Below are positions 63,406 to 64,000 of a stretch of 64,000 nucleotides of DNA, piece after piece. Origin of the DNA: Lama glama (taxonomy: Eukaryota); assembly GCA_028534125.1 (NCBI GenBank), contig CM052818.1, forward strand, positions 4,528,001-4,592,000. Reading direction: 5' to 3'. A program made the translations under genes and the position numbers. Every line of letters begins with the position of its first letter. The first letter of the stretch is position 1. Under the pieces are notes generated by a model, which was given only the letters and a program-made list of their open reading frames with translations, was not told where the DNA came from and did not search any database.

Positions 63406-64000
63406 CAATCCCAGACTGACTCGTGGATGGTCACACAGCTAGTAAGCAGCAGACCCAACGTTCAAAACAAGGAGCTCATGCTCTTACCACCCGACTGCAT
63501 AGTGTTCGTTGCTTCCCCAAACCCAGCAGCCTTCATGTGTGTAATCAAGACAATTTGGGGAAGTCAGTGAACAAGATATTGGAGGTTCCGCAGGGTGGTC
63601 TAACGTTCGGTGACATCATAATCTCTTGCCAGTTTGTGCTCCGATTTCAAAGCAATTTCAGGGGCAATTTGGATTTCAGCTATTTTTCTGTCTTAACAGT
63701 CCTTCTGACTGGAGCCATTTAAATCAAAATCAAAAGATCCCACCGCAATTGGTTAATAGCTAAGAAAACAATGGCCAAGGGTGAAAGACTGTTAAAGAAC
63801 TACAAGGCACTGCTGTTGGCAGAATAATTGAGAGGTGGCTATTTGGGTGGGAGACAATGTGATTTGGATTTCTAGTTCAGCAAAATTGCTTAATTGACAA
63901 CACATGCTTCCCAATCGCCATAGATGAATGGGAGGGTGGCTTTTATGTAGGGGATGTGTGGCAGGGGGTAAATGGAAGATGTCTGAATAGGGTGAAGGGA

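Noticed and set aside
1..64000. CRISPR arrays, operons, defence systems or NUMTs
   Set aside because: Mammalian nuclear DNA; I saw no repeat-spacer arrays, bacterial gene density or mitochondrial sequence.

Overview
Mammalian genomic DNA, most likely camelid (alpaca/llama/camel), judged from about 11 copies of a tRNA-Ala-derived vic-1-like SINE and camelid-type L1 3' ends. The only protein-coding gene I can support is C1D (nuclear exosome cofactor, Rrp47 orthologue) on the + strand. It has a CpG-island promoter at ~18.4-19.0 kb, a short non-coding exon 1 ending at 18655, a ~13 kb first intron, and four coding exons (31785-31922, 32667-32733, 33041-33096, 35727-35891) that splice with canonical GT-AG into an intact 141-aa ORF, followed by two AATAAA signals. 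The rest is intergenic or intronic sequence rich in interspersed repeats (SINEs, L1, L2, MIR, ERV1/ERVL/MaLR LTRs, hAT DNA transposons), plus a 40-nt 5' U6 snRNA retrocopy. Repeat subfamily names are from memory of consensus sequences and need a Dfam/Repbase check. Most ORFs in the track are spurious or repeat-derived. I found no convincing new multi-gene system. The findings are modest: candidate upstream exons, a TOP-like transcription start, retrotransposition oddities (SINE-L1 fusion, twin-primed L1s, U6 fragment, two SINE architectures) and candidate CTCF/enhancer sites.
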